Assembly: GCA_965224085.1 (NCBI GenBank)
Contig: CBDCYI010000011.1
Coordinates: forward strand, 1,408,001 to 1,472,000
DNA length: 64,000 bases
Direction of reading: 5' to 3'
Source: Candidatus Marinacidobacterales bacterium
Lineage (GTDB): Bacteria; Acidobacteriota; Vicinamibacteria; Marinacidobacterales; SMYC01
Made by a program: the position numbers and the translations under genes
The notes under the pieces: model-generated
What the model was told of the DNA's origin: nothing
What the model saw: the letters and a program-made list of their open reading frames with translations, nothing else
The model's database searches: none
Part shown: positions 29,338 through 39,189 of the stretch, one piece after another
How positions within the stretch are numbered: position 1 is the first letter of the stretch
Layout of the letters: each line of letters starts with the position of its first letter

Positions 29338-29910
29338 TTACCGTCTGGGTCGTTCTGGAACGAATGGGGCCGGCTCGTCCGGCTGTTCCGGCAGCAAGAA
29401 CTCCCAATTGTATTGGTTTTTCCGAATCTCCTCGAGCCGATATTCGGCGACGACGAGACGCTCATGGACACCGCTACAATCGACGGCGATGGGCACGAAA
29501 AAGTAGTGGCTCGCGGCGCGGCATTGAAACACGTGGTCTTTCGCGATTTCGAGCTCTCTCTCAGCCGCTTCGAGCTGTTCTTTCCAGACTCGGCGCCACG
29601 TCTCACGAAGCTCGCGGACTTCGTTCGATGAGAGCCGTTTTGAGGCCGGCCGCCCGCGCCGGGATGTGCCTACCCTGGCTTCCTCGGCTTCTCCGGAAAC
29701 GGCGGCGACCGAGCGGCCCGTCACCGAAAGGCCCTCCCCCTCCGAAGCCTCGAGCTCTCGCTCGCGAATGACCAAGACGGGCGTGTCGGATGCGGATTCG
29801 GCGCGCCGCTGTCTCTCCTTGCGGGCCACTTCCCCGAGGCTTTGAGTCCACACCGGCCCGCACAAGAGAAACGAGGTCGTGAGCCCGAGCATCCACCGCT
29901 TCCCCGTCAT
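29338..29910 (-). CDS. Hypothetical secreted coiled-coil protein
   Basis: Signal peptide followed by QSLGEVARKERQRR; helical C-terminus with a Cys pair. Confidence 0.7.
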   Translation of the reverse strand: MTGKRWMLGLTTSFLLCGPVWTQSLGEVARKERQRRAESASDTPVLVIRERELEASEGEGLSVTGRSVAAVSGEAEEARVGTSRRGRPASKRLSSNEVRELRETWRRVWKEQLEAAERELEIAKDHVFQCRAASHYFFVPIAVDCSGVHERLVVAEYRLEEIRKNQYNWEFLLPEQPDEPAPFVPERPRR

Positions 29911-30024
29911 GCCTATACTTTGCCGCAGAAGTCATCACCACCGCAACGACCCGCCATTTGAGGTATAGTTTGGCTTTGCCCCACCGAGCATCAGAGATAG
30001 GACGCTACGGGACCTAGGACTCCA

Positions 30025-32865
30025 ATGAGCCTGCTGAACCGTCTCCGGCCGAAACTCAAGAACAGCGATCCAGACATTCGCGCGGAGGCCGTTCGTGAGC
30101 TCGCAAAAGAAGAGGTGGATCTTCTGATCGCCGTCGCCCAAACGGACACAGATATTCGCGTCCGAAGGATCGCGGTCAAGAAGCTCGAATCGCCGCGTCA
30201 TCTACTCGATATTTCCGAAAAAGACGAGGACGAGGGCCTGCGCGCTTTTGCTCGAACACGCGCCCGCCAGCTCCTTGTACAAATCGGATGCGACAACCGC
30301 GATGTCGAGGAATCGCAACGCGCGCTCGGCCTTCTCAAAGCCCCCTCCGATATCGCGGCCGTCGCCGACAAGGCCCATTTCAACAACGTCCGCGCCAGTG
30401 CATTCGAAGCTCTAACGGACGATAGCGCCCTCGCCGAGCTCGTGCGTCGCTCGAGAAATCCCGAGCTTCGCTCGCGCGCGCTCGAGCGCGTCCGTGAACC
30501 GGCTTCGCTCAGGAGCATAGTTTTGGACGAAGACTCCGGCGATCTGGCGCTCACGGCGCTTGGCCAGCTCGATGACATCGCCTCTTTGGAGACGATCGTA
30601 GACCATGGAGCGGTGGGCAAGACCGTACGTCGCCAGGCCCTCGCCAAGCTCGAGAAGCTCATCCCGGAAGATCATCCCATCAAGGTTCGGCGACGCGACG
30701 AGCGCTACAAGGAGATTTTGAAGCAAGTGAGAGCACTCGACGAGAGCGGGGTGCCCGCTCAGACAACGGAGCTCGAGACGCTGGTGTCGCAGTGGAAGGA
30801 GCTCGGGGCGTTGTCGAAGCCGAGTGCTGCGCTCGTCGAGCCTTTTCAGAAAGCGCGGGAGAGCATCCGCGAGCGTGCGAAAACACTCGCCAAGCGCGAC
30901 CAGCAACAGCTCGAATCTGCCGATACGACTGACGGCACGCCCGCAGAACCGGAATCCGAGTCCACGGACGAAGCGCGACTCGCGCTCCTACGTAACGTTG
31001 TCGAGCTCCCGGAGGGCGATCTCGAAAAGACCCTGGAAGCCGCCTGCGCCCAATGGAGCGTACTCGGCCCTTCTCTCGATGACGCGCTCACACAAAGGTT
31101 CGAAGCCGCAATCGCGAAAGGCGAAAAACGTCTCAGCACTGCGAAAAAGGCTGACGAGCGCGCACGCGCTCTAGTGGAGTTTCTCGAGAACGCGGAGAGC
31201 ATCGTGAAGGGCGGTAAGCTCCCCGCCGCGGCGCGCGAGTGGCAGAAGCTCGAGCGAACTTGGCCGAGCTTCGACGGTATCGCGGACGCGGAAGCAAAAG
31301 CCCGCTATGCCCGCGCCGAGGCCGTGCTCACTGGTCGGAAGGAAAAACAACGCCTCGACCGCGAAGCACAGGGTCAAGCGGCACTATCCGACATACAGGC
31401 GCATCTAAAGAACATGGCATCGCTCGCCGCCATGGACTTGGTGTCGATCAAACAAGCCGAGAAAGAGCTCCGGGCAACGCAGGATCTCTTGAAGACGATG
31501 GGGCCGCTCGCGCCGAGCGTCAACCGCAGGAAAATTCGTCGTGAGATCTCTGACGCGCGCGAAAAACTCTTCAAGAAGACCCAAGAGACTCGCGACATCG
31601 AAGAATGGAAGCGCTGGGCCAATGTGGACATCCAAAACGGACTCATCGCTCGTATGGAAGCGCTTCGCGAGTCGAAGGATGTCCCTAAAGTCGCCAAGGA
31701 GATGCGGACCATCCACGAAGAGTGGAAAAAAGCCGGCGCGGCTCCCGCGCAGAAAGCCGAAGAGCTCTGGCAAAAATATAAACCTGTAAGGGACGAGCTC
31801 AAGTCTCGTTGCGACGAGTTCTTCAAGAAGCAGAACGAGGAACGCGGTGTCAATCTCGAGAAAAAAGTAGCTTTGTGCGAGAAAGTCGAAGCTCAGAAGG
31901 ACTCCGAAGACTGGAACAAAACGGCGGACGCCATCAAAAAGCTACAGAACGAGTGGAAGACGATCGGTCCAGTCCCGCAAAAGAAATCCGACGCGATTTG
32001 GAAACGCTTCCGTAAAGCTTGCGACCACTTTTTCGAGCGACGCAAGGAACATTTTGGTGAGCTCAAAGGCGAGCGCGACGAGAACTTCAAGAAGAAAGAA
32101 GCGCTTTGCGAGACCGCCGAATCGCTTCGCGATTCGACCGATTGGATGAAGACCGTAGCCGAGCTGAAACGGCTCCAAGCCGAGTGGCGTACGATAGGCG
32201 CCATCCCGCGAAAGAAATCCGATCAAATCTGGAAACGCTTCCGCGAGGCTTGCGATCATTTCTTCGACCGATTCAAGCGGCGGGACGAAGTCGATGCCGA
32301 AGACAAACTGAGGCGCCGAGAAGAGCTCGTCGAGACGGCCGCAACGTTTAACGCAGCTGATCCGAACGAGCCTGACGCCGTGGCGGAAAAAGTGAACGAG
32401 CTTTGGACGGAGTGGAAGAGCCTCGGCCGGCTTCCCGATTCGGGGCGCGACGTTCAAATTCGGTTCGAGAAAATCGTCTCCGAGCTCGTTTCGAAAGCGC
32501 CTGTTGCATTCGCCAATACGGATCTCGACCCGACGGCGAACCGCAAGAAACGCGAGAAGCTCGTGACACGCCTCGAGTCGCTCGTGAGCGATTTCAAACC
32601 TGACGAATCCTCGCCAGGCGAGATCGACGAGCTCGAAGATCTTGCCGCGCGGCTGAAGGCCGCCCTCGCGAGCAATACGATCGCGGGAGGCAAGTCGCGC
32701 GACCGGGGTCAGGATTGGAAGGAGGCGTCTTTGGAAGTGCGGCGCCTGCGAACGAACTGGCTACGGGTCGCACCCGTTCCCGGAGACGAAGGCCGTGTGC
32801 TCGGAGAACGCTTCGACAACGCTTATCGCGATTTCTTCGAGAACAAACCGAGCCCGGGCCGCTAG
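30025..32865 (+). CDS. DUF349 repeat protein with HEAT-like N-terminus
   Basis: Repeated N..KK.ALC..W...LQ.EWK.IG.VP...D.IWKRFR.ACD.FF units of about 77 aa. Confidence 0.88.
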   Translation: MSLLNRLRPKLKNSDPDIRAEAVRELAKEEVDLLIAVAQTDTDIRVRRIAVKKLESPRHLLDISEKDEDEGLRAFARTRARQLLVQIGCDNRDVEESQRALGLLKAPSDIAAVADKAHFNNVRASAFEALTDDSALAELVRRSRNPELRSRALERVREPASLRSIVLDEDSGDLALTALGQLDDIASLETIVDHGAVGKTVRRQALAKLEKLIPEDHPIKVRRRDERYKEILKQVRALDESGVPAQTTELETLVSQWKELGALSKPSAALVEPFQKARESIRERAKTLAKRDQQQLESADTTDGTPAEPESESTDEARLALLRNVVELPEGDLEKTLEAACAQWSVLGPSLDDALTQRFEAAIAKGEKRLSTAKKADERARALVEFLENAESIVKGGKLPAAAREWQKLERTWPSFDGIADAEAKARYARAEAVLTGRKEKQRLDREAQGQAALSDIQAHLKNMASLAAMDLVSIKQAEKELRATQDLLKTMGPLAPSVNRRKIRREISDAREKLFKKTQETRDIEEWKRWANVDIQNGLIARMEALRESKDVPKVAKEMRTIHEEWKKAGAAPAQKAEELWQKYKPVRDELKSRCDEFFKKQNEERGVNLEKKVALCEKVEAQKDSEDWNKTADAIKKLQNEWKTIGPVPQKKSDAIWKRFRKACDHFFERRKEHFGELKGERDENFKKKEALCETAESLRDSTDWMKTVAELKRLQAEWRTIGAIPRKKSDQIWKRFREACDHFFDRFKRRDEVDAEDKLRRREELVETAATFNAADPNEPDAVAEKVNELWTEWKSLGRLPDSGRDVQIRFEKIVSELVSKAPVAFANTDLDPTANRKKREKLVTRLESLVSDFKPDESSPGEIDELEDLAARLKAALASNTIAGGKSRDRGQDWKEASLEVRRLRTNWLRVAPVPGDEGRVLGERFDNAYRDFFENKPSPGR

Positions 32866-32939
32866 GGCGCGAACAGACCCCCTATCGCCACATCCCCGTG
32901 CCTTTCACTCAACACTTCGCACGGCGCGCTCTGTTCTGG

Positions 32940-35432
32940 TCAGGCGTTGTGTAAGCGCAGGGCGTTCGCTACGACCGAGACCGAGCTCATCGCCATCGCG
33001 CCTGCGGCGATCACCGGGGACAACAACACGCTGAAAACGGGATAGAGGACACCTGCGGCGATAGGGATTCCGAGAGCGTTGTAGAAAAAGGCCCAGAAGA
33101 GATTCTGGCGGATGATGCGCATCGTCTTTCTCGAAAGGCGGACAGCATCCACCACGCCTCGGAGCTTGCCGTCTACGAGAGTTACGTCCGAAGCCTCGAT
33201 AGCGATATCCGTACCGCTCCCGATCGCAATGCCTACATCTGCCTGAGCGAGCGCGGGGGCATCGTTGATGCCGTCTCCCACCATCGCCGTGCGCTTGCCG
33301 CTTTTCTGGATTTTCGCGACTTCCTGGGCCTTCAGCTGCGGAAGCACGCCCGCCATGACTTTGGCTTTATCTATCCCCACGCTTGCGGCAATGTTGCGGG
33401 CAACGACTTCACTGTCGCCGGTAATCATCACGGGCTCGAGGCCATCCGCTTTCATTTCGCGGATAGCTTCCGCCGAGCCCTCCTTCACGGTGTCGGCGAC
33501 TCCCAACATCCCAACGAGATCACCGTCGCAGGCGACGAACATCGTGCTCTTGCCTTCGGAGGCAAGCTGCTCGGCGCCGTCCACCAAACGACCGAGACCA
33601 ACGCCGCGCTCCTCCATCAATAGCGCGTTGCCGACTAGAATCTCTTGGTCACCGATCCGCGCGCGCACACCCTTGCCCGGCAGTGCCTCGAACTCCGACG
33701 GCGTTTTCAGAAGGTCGCCGCGTCCACCAGCATAAGCGACGATCGCCTGCCCGGCAGGATGCTCGGAAGCCTTCTCCGCGGCGGCGGCATAGGCGAGAAC
33801 GAGCCGGGTATCCTGCTCCCCGGCGGAGACGACGTCGGTGACTTGGAGCGAGCCTTGTGTGATCGTGCCTGTCTTGTCGAGCACGACCGACTCGACCGCG
33901 TGCAGGAGCTCTAGGGTTTCGGCCGATTTAATCAAGATGCCTCGTGTCGCGCCCCGACCAGTGGCGACCACGATCGCAGTCGGCGTGGCGAGACCCAACG
34001 CGCAGGGACAGGCGATGATGAGAACTGCGATCGCGTTTCCTAATGCCATCGGAACCGAAGGCCCAAGCACCATCCACACGCCGAACGTCGCCGCCGCAAT
34101 CGCGATGACACAAGGTACAAAGACGCCCGAGATCTTGTCCGCAAGCCGCTGCACCGGCGCTTTCGAGCCTTGAGCGTCCTGAACAAGTTTCACGATCGAC
34201 GCCAACGTCGTTTGCGCGCCAACGCGCTCGACTTCGAACTGAAACGCGCCCGTCTTGTTGAAGGTGCCGCCCGTCACCGTGTCGCCCGGGCCTTTGTCCA
34301 CCGGCAGACTCTCGCCCGTAAGAAAGGACTCGTCGAGCGTCGAGCGGCCGCTTTTGATGGTTCCGTCGAGCGGTACTTTGTCTCCAGGCCGAACCGCGAG
34401 GAGGTCGCCGACCCGGACGTCGCTCACGGGTACGTCCCGTTCTTCGCCGTCGACCCCGCCCACAACGAGCCGCGCCGCGTCCGGTTGGAGCTCGAGGAGC
34501 TTTTGGATCGCGGACGAGGCTCTTCCCTTCGCGCGCGCCTCCAGAAGCTTTCCGAAGAGCACGAGGGTGATGATCATGGCGGCCGAGTCGAAGTAGAGGA
34601 CAGGCTCGACACCGCCCGCCATTAAGAATCCCGGCATGACGGTTGCGGCAACACTGTAGAGATAAGCCGCCCCGGTACCGATTGCTATCAAGCTATCCAT
34701 GTTGAACGAGAACGTCGAAAGCCCCGCCACGAAGCCCGAGAGAAACTGACGGCCACACCAAAACAAGACAGGCGTGGACGCCATCCAGATTAGGACCGCT
34801 CGAAGCCCGCCGGTCGCTCCGATGGTCTCGGATGACACCATGCTGAGCATCATAATGACAGCCGAGAGCAGCGCCGAGACAATCGTCTTAGTCTTGAGCG
34901 TCTCGTATTGCTGGGCGCGCAAGGTCGCCGCAGTTTCGTCCGCGTCCCGGCTCAGAGGGCCGGAGACAATGAGACGATAAGGGCCCGCCGAAGACACAGA
35001 AGCGTCGATCCGTGAAAGGTCGACCCGTTTCGGATCGTAGTCGACCGAGACCCGTTCAGTCGCAAAGTTGACCGAAGCTCGGGAAACGCCGTCGAGCTTT
35101 CCCACCGAGCGCTCGATCGCGCTCACGCAGGCGGCACAGTGCATTCCTGCCACTGGAAGGTCGAGACGCTCTTCCGATGAGCGGACGCTTGCGGGACGGG
35201 GCGACGAGCCGGTCGACCCAATCACGCGAAGCGCGACCAGACCCGTCATTTGGGCGCCTGCAGGAGCATCCGCCTTCAAGAACGCCTCCGGGTCCTCCTC
35301 GAACGCGGTCTTGCAACCGGCGGCGCAAAAAACGTAGAGCTCGTCCTTATAGGTCGTCTTGTGTGGCGCGGTCTCGGGATCCACCGACATGCCGCAAACG
35401 GGATCCGTCAACACTTTGGCCGCAGCTTTCAT
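32940..35432 (-). CDS. copA: Cu(+)-translocating P1B-type ATPase with YHS and HMA domains
   Basis: DPVCGM, GMHCAAC, TGES, CPCALGLATP, DKTGT, SEHP, GDGINDAP, YN..GIP. Confidence 0.93.
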   Translation of the reverse strand: MKAAAKVLTDPVCGMSVDPETAPHKTTYKDELYVFCAAGCKTAFEEDPEAFLKADAPAGAQMTGLVALRVIGSTGSSPRPASVRSSEERLDLPVAGMHCAACVSAIERSVGKLDGVSRASVNFATERVSVDYDPKRVDLSRIDASVSSAGPYRLIVSGPLSRDADETAATLRAQQYETLKTKTIVSALLSAVIMMLSMVSSETIGATGGLRAVLIWMASTPVLFWCGRQFLSGFVAGLSTFSFNMDSLIAIGTGAAYLYSVAATVMPGFLMAGGVEPVLYFDSAAMIITLVLFGKLLEARAKGRASSAIQKLLELQPDAARLVVGGVDGEERDVPVSDVRVGDLLAVRPGDKVPLDGTIKSGRSTLDESFLTGESLPVDKGPGDTVTGGTFNKTGAFQFEVERVGAQTTLASIVKLVQDAQGSKAPVQRLADKISGVFVPCVIAIAAATFGVWMVLGPSVPMALGNAIAVLIIACPCALGLATPTAIVVATGRGATRGILIKSAETLELLHAVESVVLDKTGTITQGSLQVTDVVSAGEQDTRLVLAYAAAAEKASEHPAGQAIVAYAGGRGDLLKTPSEFEALPGKGVRARIGDQEILVGNALLMEERGVGLGRLVDGAEQLASEGKSTMFVACDGDLVGMLGVADTVKEGSAEAIREMKADGLEPVMITGDSEVVARNIAASVGIDKAKVMAGVLPQLKAQEVAKIQKSGKRTAMVGDGINDAPALAQADVGIAIGSGTDIAIEASDVTLVDGKLRGVVDAVRLSRKTMRIIRQNLFWAFFYNALGIPIAAGVLYPVFSVLLSPVIAAGAMAMSSVSVVANALRLHNA

Positions 35433-35580
35433 GAATTCCTCGAAGGCCCGTCGAGTCTAGCACAGGAGATCGAGACGGCACTTGCCCGCGGGGTTCATCC
35501 TGCTTACTCTTGAATGCGTGAACGATGCTCAGAAGCTCGCGCACGAAATCCAGCCGCCGCTGACCTCTCTGGAGGTGCAA

Positions 35581-36119
35581 GTGAACAACCACCGCCTAGA
35601 AGGCGGTGGCTTCAAGGGCTGTCAATTGGAAATTGACTGTCGTCGTGAAGAGGCTCGCCATCCTGGGAGTCTATGTACTCCTTTACCATCTCGTCCGTTA
35701 TGCTTCCTGAACTCACCGCCAGATATCCTCGGGCCCAGAAGTGCCGGCCCCAAAACTTCTTCCTCAGGTGAGCAAACTCCTGAAGGAGTACTCGGGAGCT
35801 TATTCCTTTTAGCCACTGCACGATCGTACTCAGGTCCTGGTGTGGTCGGTAGGATACGAACACGTGGACGTGGTCGCGTGCAACCTTACCCGAGATTATG
35901 TGCAGCTCATGTTCCATCGCGATCTGACGAATCAGATCGCGCACACGAACCGCTACTGGACCGATCAAAACCTTTTTACGATATTTCGGTATCCAAACGA
36001 TGTGCGCTTTTAGGTCCGTTTTCGTGTGCGCTCCGTGCCTGTAGTGACGCACGCGACCACAATACCACGATCTTCTCTTCGCCTAAAGGCGAGGGTTTCG
36101 ACCATCCCCGGAAGAGACA
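35581..36119 (-). mobile_element. IS200/IS605-family element, TnpA only, 539 bp
   Basis: On the - strand it follows TTAG and ends in TCAC; subterminal hairpins CGCCTTTAGGCG and CCACCGCCTTCTAGGCGGTGG; no target duplication. Confidence 0.88.
35612..36052 (-). CDS. tnpA: Y1 HUH transposase TnpA
   Basis: HIVWIPKYR, DHVH, LKGISS, FWARGY, EYI..Q. Confidence 0.95.
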   Translation of the reverse strand: MRHYRHGAHTKTDLKAHIVWIPKYRKKVLIGPVAVRVRDLIRQIAMEHELHIISGKVARDHVHVFVSYRPHQDLSTIVQWLKGISSRVLLQEFAHLRKKFWGRHFWARGYLAVSSGSITDEMVKEYIDSQDGEPLHDDSQFPIDSP

Positions 36120-36757
36120 CTAAGAACTCTCATCGAGCAGAACCCGGCGAACACCGCCATCGAAAACTGTTTGCATGAAGTGGAGGCGCTCAAATCGCTC
36201 GTCGCAAGATTCCTCGAGCTCGACATGCCGGCCGCGCCTCACAACCGTTGGCCACTGTCGACCGTGCTGGCGCGGATTGAAAGACGCTTTCGCCCGATAG
36301 CGGGGGCCCGGCTTATTCGGCTCGAGATCGATCACGCCGAGGCCGAAGCTCGGGGCGATCCGCTTGCCACCGAACGCATCCTCACCAACCTCGTTGATAA
36401 CGCCATCAAGTTCTCGCGCAAGGGCGGTCTTGTGCGTGTGCACGTTCAGCATCGAGATGGCCATCTCCACATCGAAGTCAGCGACGATGGCCCCGGCATT
36501 CCGAACGAGGCACAAGAGCGCGTCTTTGAGCCTTTTGTTCGCCTCGACCATGAGGCGCCGGGCGCCGGGCGCGGGCTCGCGATCGGAAGAAGGCTCGCCG
36601 AGGCACAAAACGGCAGCTTGCGACTCGATAGCACGCGAGACGTCGGTGCGTGCTTCCTTCTGACGTTGAAGTCCCCGTGAACCTGCTCGCCTGTCCCAAT
36701 TTGCGGGATCGAGCAATATTGACTCAAACTCCGTATCTAGTGTAGCGTCGACGGCGA

Positions 36758-37270
36758 ATGACGTTGAGACCCATCGTGAAGTTCGGTGCCAACGAGCTCG
36801 ACATCCGCTCCGAGGAGATCACCGATTTTACCGACGAGCTCGAAAGCCTTGCAAAAGACATGGTGCAGACGATGTACGCCGCACCCGGCGTCGGCCTCGC
36901 GGCACCTCAAATTGGATTGAATACGCGCCTGATGGTCATCGACATCACTGTCGGCGAGGACGCCGAACAGCTGATCGTGATGGCTAATCCCGTCTTACTC
37001 GAGCAAGAGGGCGAGCAACATGAAGAGGAAGGCTGTCTCTCGGTGCCGGGCTATGCAGGCGTCGTCTCGCGTGCTGCCTGGGTCAAGGTGCGTGGCCAAG
37101 ATCTGAAGGGTAAACAGATCACGATGGAAGGAACGGGGCTCCTGGCGCGCGCTTTTTGTCACGAGATCGACCACCTAGATGGGAAGCTGTTCATCGAGCG
37201 TCTCGGTGTTTTGAAGCGAGATCTACTCAAGCGGAAGCTCCGGAAACTAATTCGACAGGGCGAGTGGTAG
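36758..37270 (+). CDS. def: Peptide deformylase
   Basis: GVGLAAPQIG, EGCLS, HEIDHL. Confidence 0.96.
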   Translation: MTLRPIVKFGANELDIRSEEITDFTDELESLAKDMVQTMYAAPGVGLAAPQIGLNTRLMVIDITVGEDAEQLIVMANPVLLEQEGEQHEEEGCLSVPGYAGVVSRAAWVKVRGQDLKGKQITMEGTGLLARAFCHEIDHLDGKLFIERLGVLKRDLLKRKLRKLIRQGEW

Positions 37271-37280
37271 ACCGCAAGCG

Positions 37281-38246
37281 ATGAAGCTCGTCTTCATGGG
37301 CTCCGGCGCGTTCGCGGTGCCATCGCTCGAAGCTCTCTTCGCCTCCTCGACCCATCGCGTCGTCGCAGTCTTCACCCAGCCTGACAAGCCGGCCGGCCGG
37401 GGACACCATCTCCGGCTCCCTCCGACGAAAGAGGTCGCGCTTGCGCACGGCGTCGCCGTCCACCAGCCCGCCAAAGTGCGGAGCCCCGAGAGCATCGCGC
37501 TCATCGAAGAGCTCGTGCCAGATTGCATCGTCGTCGTCGCCTACGGGCAGATCATTCCCAAAGCGATCCTAGACATCCCTCCGCGCGGCGTCATCAACGT
37601 CCATGGGTCACTCCTCCCGCGCTATCGCGGCGCGGCGCCGATTCAGTGGGCCATTGCACAGGGTGAGACGCAGACCGGGGTCACGACGATGTTGATGGAC
37701 GAGGGCCTGGACACCGGCGCGATCCTTCTCGTGGAGCCTGTGGCGATAGGTCCCGAAGACACGACGGCCACCCTGTCACCCAAGCTTTCCTTTGTGGGTG
37801 CCGCACTTGTCGAGCAAACGCTCGACAAGTGGGCCGAAAAACAGCTCACCCCCATCCCGCAAAACGACGCCCAGGCAACGAAAGCGCCGCGTATCAAGAA
37901 GGAGGACGCGCGCATCGATTGGCACCAATCCGCGGAGCAGATCGCGTGTCGTGTGCGCGCATTCGATCCGTGGCCGGTCGCCTTTACCGAGCTCGAGAAC
38001 GCTGTCCTGAAAGTCTGGAAAGCAGCACCATCGACGGCAACGATGTCGGGCCAGCCCGGCGGGCCCGGTGAGATTATCAGCGTCCATGCGAACGGGATCG
38101 GCGTCGTCTGCGGCGAAGGCAGTTGGCTCCTCGTACAGGAGGTTCAACTTTACGGAAAATCTCGAATGACCGCGGCAGCCTTCGCTCACGGCAAACGCCT
38201 GGGCGTCGCGACGAGCTTCGGATCTCACTCGGAGCAGCCGCGATAG
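37281..38246 (+). CDS. fmt: Methionyl-tRNA formyltransferase
   Basis: TQPDKPAGRG, VVAYGQI, NVHGSLLPRYRGAAPI; follows def. Confidence 0.96.
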   Translation: MKLVFMGSGAFAVPSLEALFASSTHRVVAVFTQPDKPAGRGHHLRLPPTKEVALAHGVAVHQPAKVRSPESIALIEELVPDCIVVVAYGQIIPKAILDIPPRGVINVHGSLLPRYRGAAPIQWAIAQGETQTGVTTMLMDEGLDTGAILLVEPVAIGPEDTTATLSPKLSFVGAALVEQTLDKWAEKQLTPIPQNDAQATKAPRIKKEDARIDWHQSAEQIACRVRAFDPWPVAFTELENAVLKVWKAAPSTATMSGQPGGPGEIISVHANGIGVVCGEGSWLLVQEVQLYGKSRMTAAAFAHGKRLGVATSFGSHSEQPR

Positions 38247-38249
38247 AAT

Positions 38250-39143
38250 GTGGGCGTGCGATTTCTCCGATGGGTGCTCGGCCTCGTCGCGCTACTTGCG
38301 GTTTTGTACCTCTATTTCGCGACCCTCCATCCTCACCAACGCATAAGCCAACACGTCTTTTTCGAGGCACCGGGCCCGTGGGCCATTGCTCACCAAGGCG
38401 GCCGTGGTCTATGGCCGGAGAACACGCTCTACGCTTTCGAGCACGCGCGCGATCTCGGGGTCGACGTGCTCGAGATGGATCTCCGCACGACGGCGGATGA
38501 TCACATCGTGGTTATCCACGACCGCACGGTCGACGACACCACGGACGGTAGAGGGTTCGTCTCCGCGATGACGCTCGACGAGCTTCAAGAGCTTGACGCG
38601 GGCTATCGTGAAGGCGGGGATTTCGCAGTTGGCGAAGACAAGCTTCGCGTACCGGCCCTTCGCGAGGTGCTGACGGCCTTCGGGAGCTCTCGGTTGAATC
38701 TCGAGATGAAAGAATTCACGCCCGAAGAGGCCTTGTCCCTTTGCTGCCTGTTGCAAGAGTTCGACGCCGAGGCGCGCGTGCTCGTGGCATCGTTCGGTCA
38801 CGAGCCCATGTTGGCGTTTCGCAGGAAGTGCCCTTCCGTCGCGACGAGCGCGACGCTCCGAGAGACCCTCGTTTTCTATCAACTCCACCGTCTCAGCCTC
38901 GGAAGCCTCTATCGAAGCCCCGCCGTCGCGTTTCAGGTGCCGGACGACCCCCGTGTGATCGAGCCCGGTTTTCTCGAGCGCGCACGAGCCGCCAATATCC
39001 AAGTCCAGGTATGGACGATCAACGAGGCCGCCGATATGAAACGCCTGCTCGACATGGGCGTTCAGGGAATCCTGACCGATTATCCCGACCGGCTCTTGAC
39101 CGAACCCGCCTTCGCTAAAGCTTCGGCGAGGCAGGCCCGCTAA
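38250..39143 (+). CDS. Glycerophosphodiester phosphodiesterase
   Basis: AHQGG..PENT, EMD, HD, VWTIN, ILTDYP. Confidence 0.9.
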   Translation: MGVRFLRWVLGLVALLAVLYLYFATLHPHQRISQHVFFEAPGPWAIAHQGGRGLWPENTLYAFEHARDLGVDVLEMDLRTTADDHIVVIHDRTVDDTTDGRGFVSAMTLDELQELDAGYREGGDFAVGEDKLRVPALREVLTAFGSSRLNLEMKEFTPEEALSLCCLLQEFDAEARVLVASFGHEPMLAFRRKCPSVATSATLRETLVFYQLHRLSLGSLYRSPAVAFQVPDDPRVIEPGFLERARAANIQVQVWTINEAADMKRLLDMGVQGILTDYPDRLLTEPAFAKASARQAR

Positions 39144-39175
39144 AGCTTCGGCTGGCAAGCCGTAGCCTCTTCGGA
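39105..39175. repeat. REP-like palindromic repeats
   Basis: CGCTAAAGCTTCGGC at 39113-39127 and 39138-39152, between convergent genes. Confidence 0.65.
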
Positions 39176-39189
39176 CGCGGGTTCAAGCA

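Larger units (their letters stand above)
35518..36680 (+). pseudogene. Minimal histidine kinase (HisKA + HATPase) interrupted by an IS200-type element
   Basis: LAHEIQPPLTSLEVQ (to 35580) continues in frame as LRTLIEQ (from 36120) when 35581-36119 is removed; NLVDNAIKF, DDGPGI, VFEPF. Confidence 0.8.

Noticed and set aside
35482-36123. 213-aa + strand ORF across the IS200 element
   Set aside because: It is the kinase N-terminus reading into antisense tnpA; no protein-like features and no intron structure
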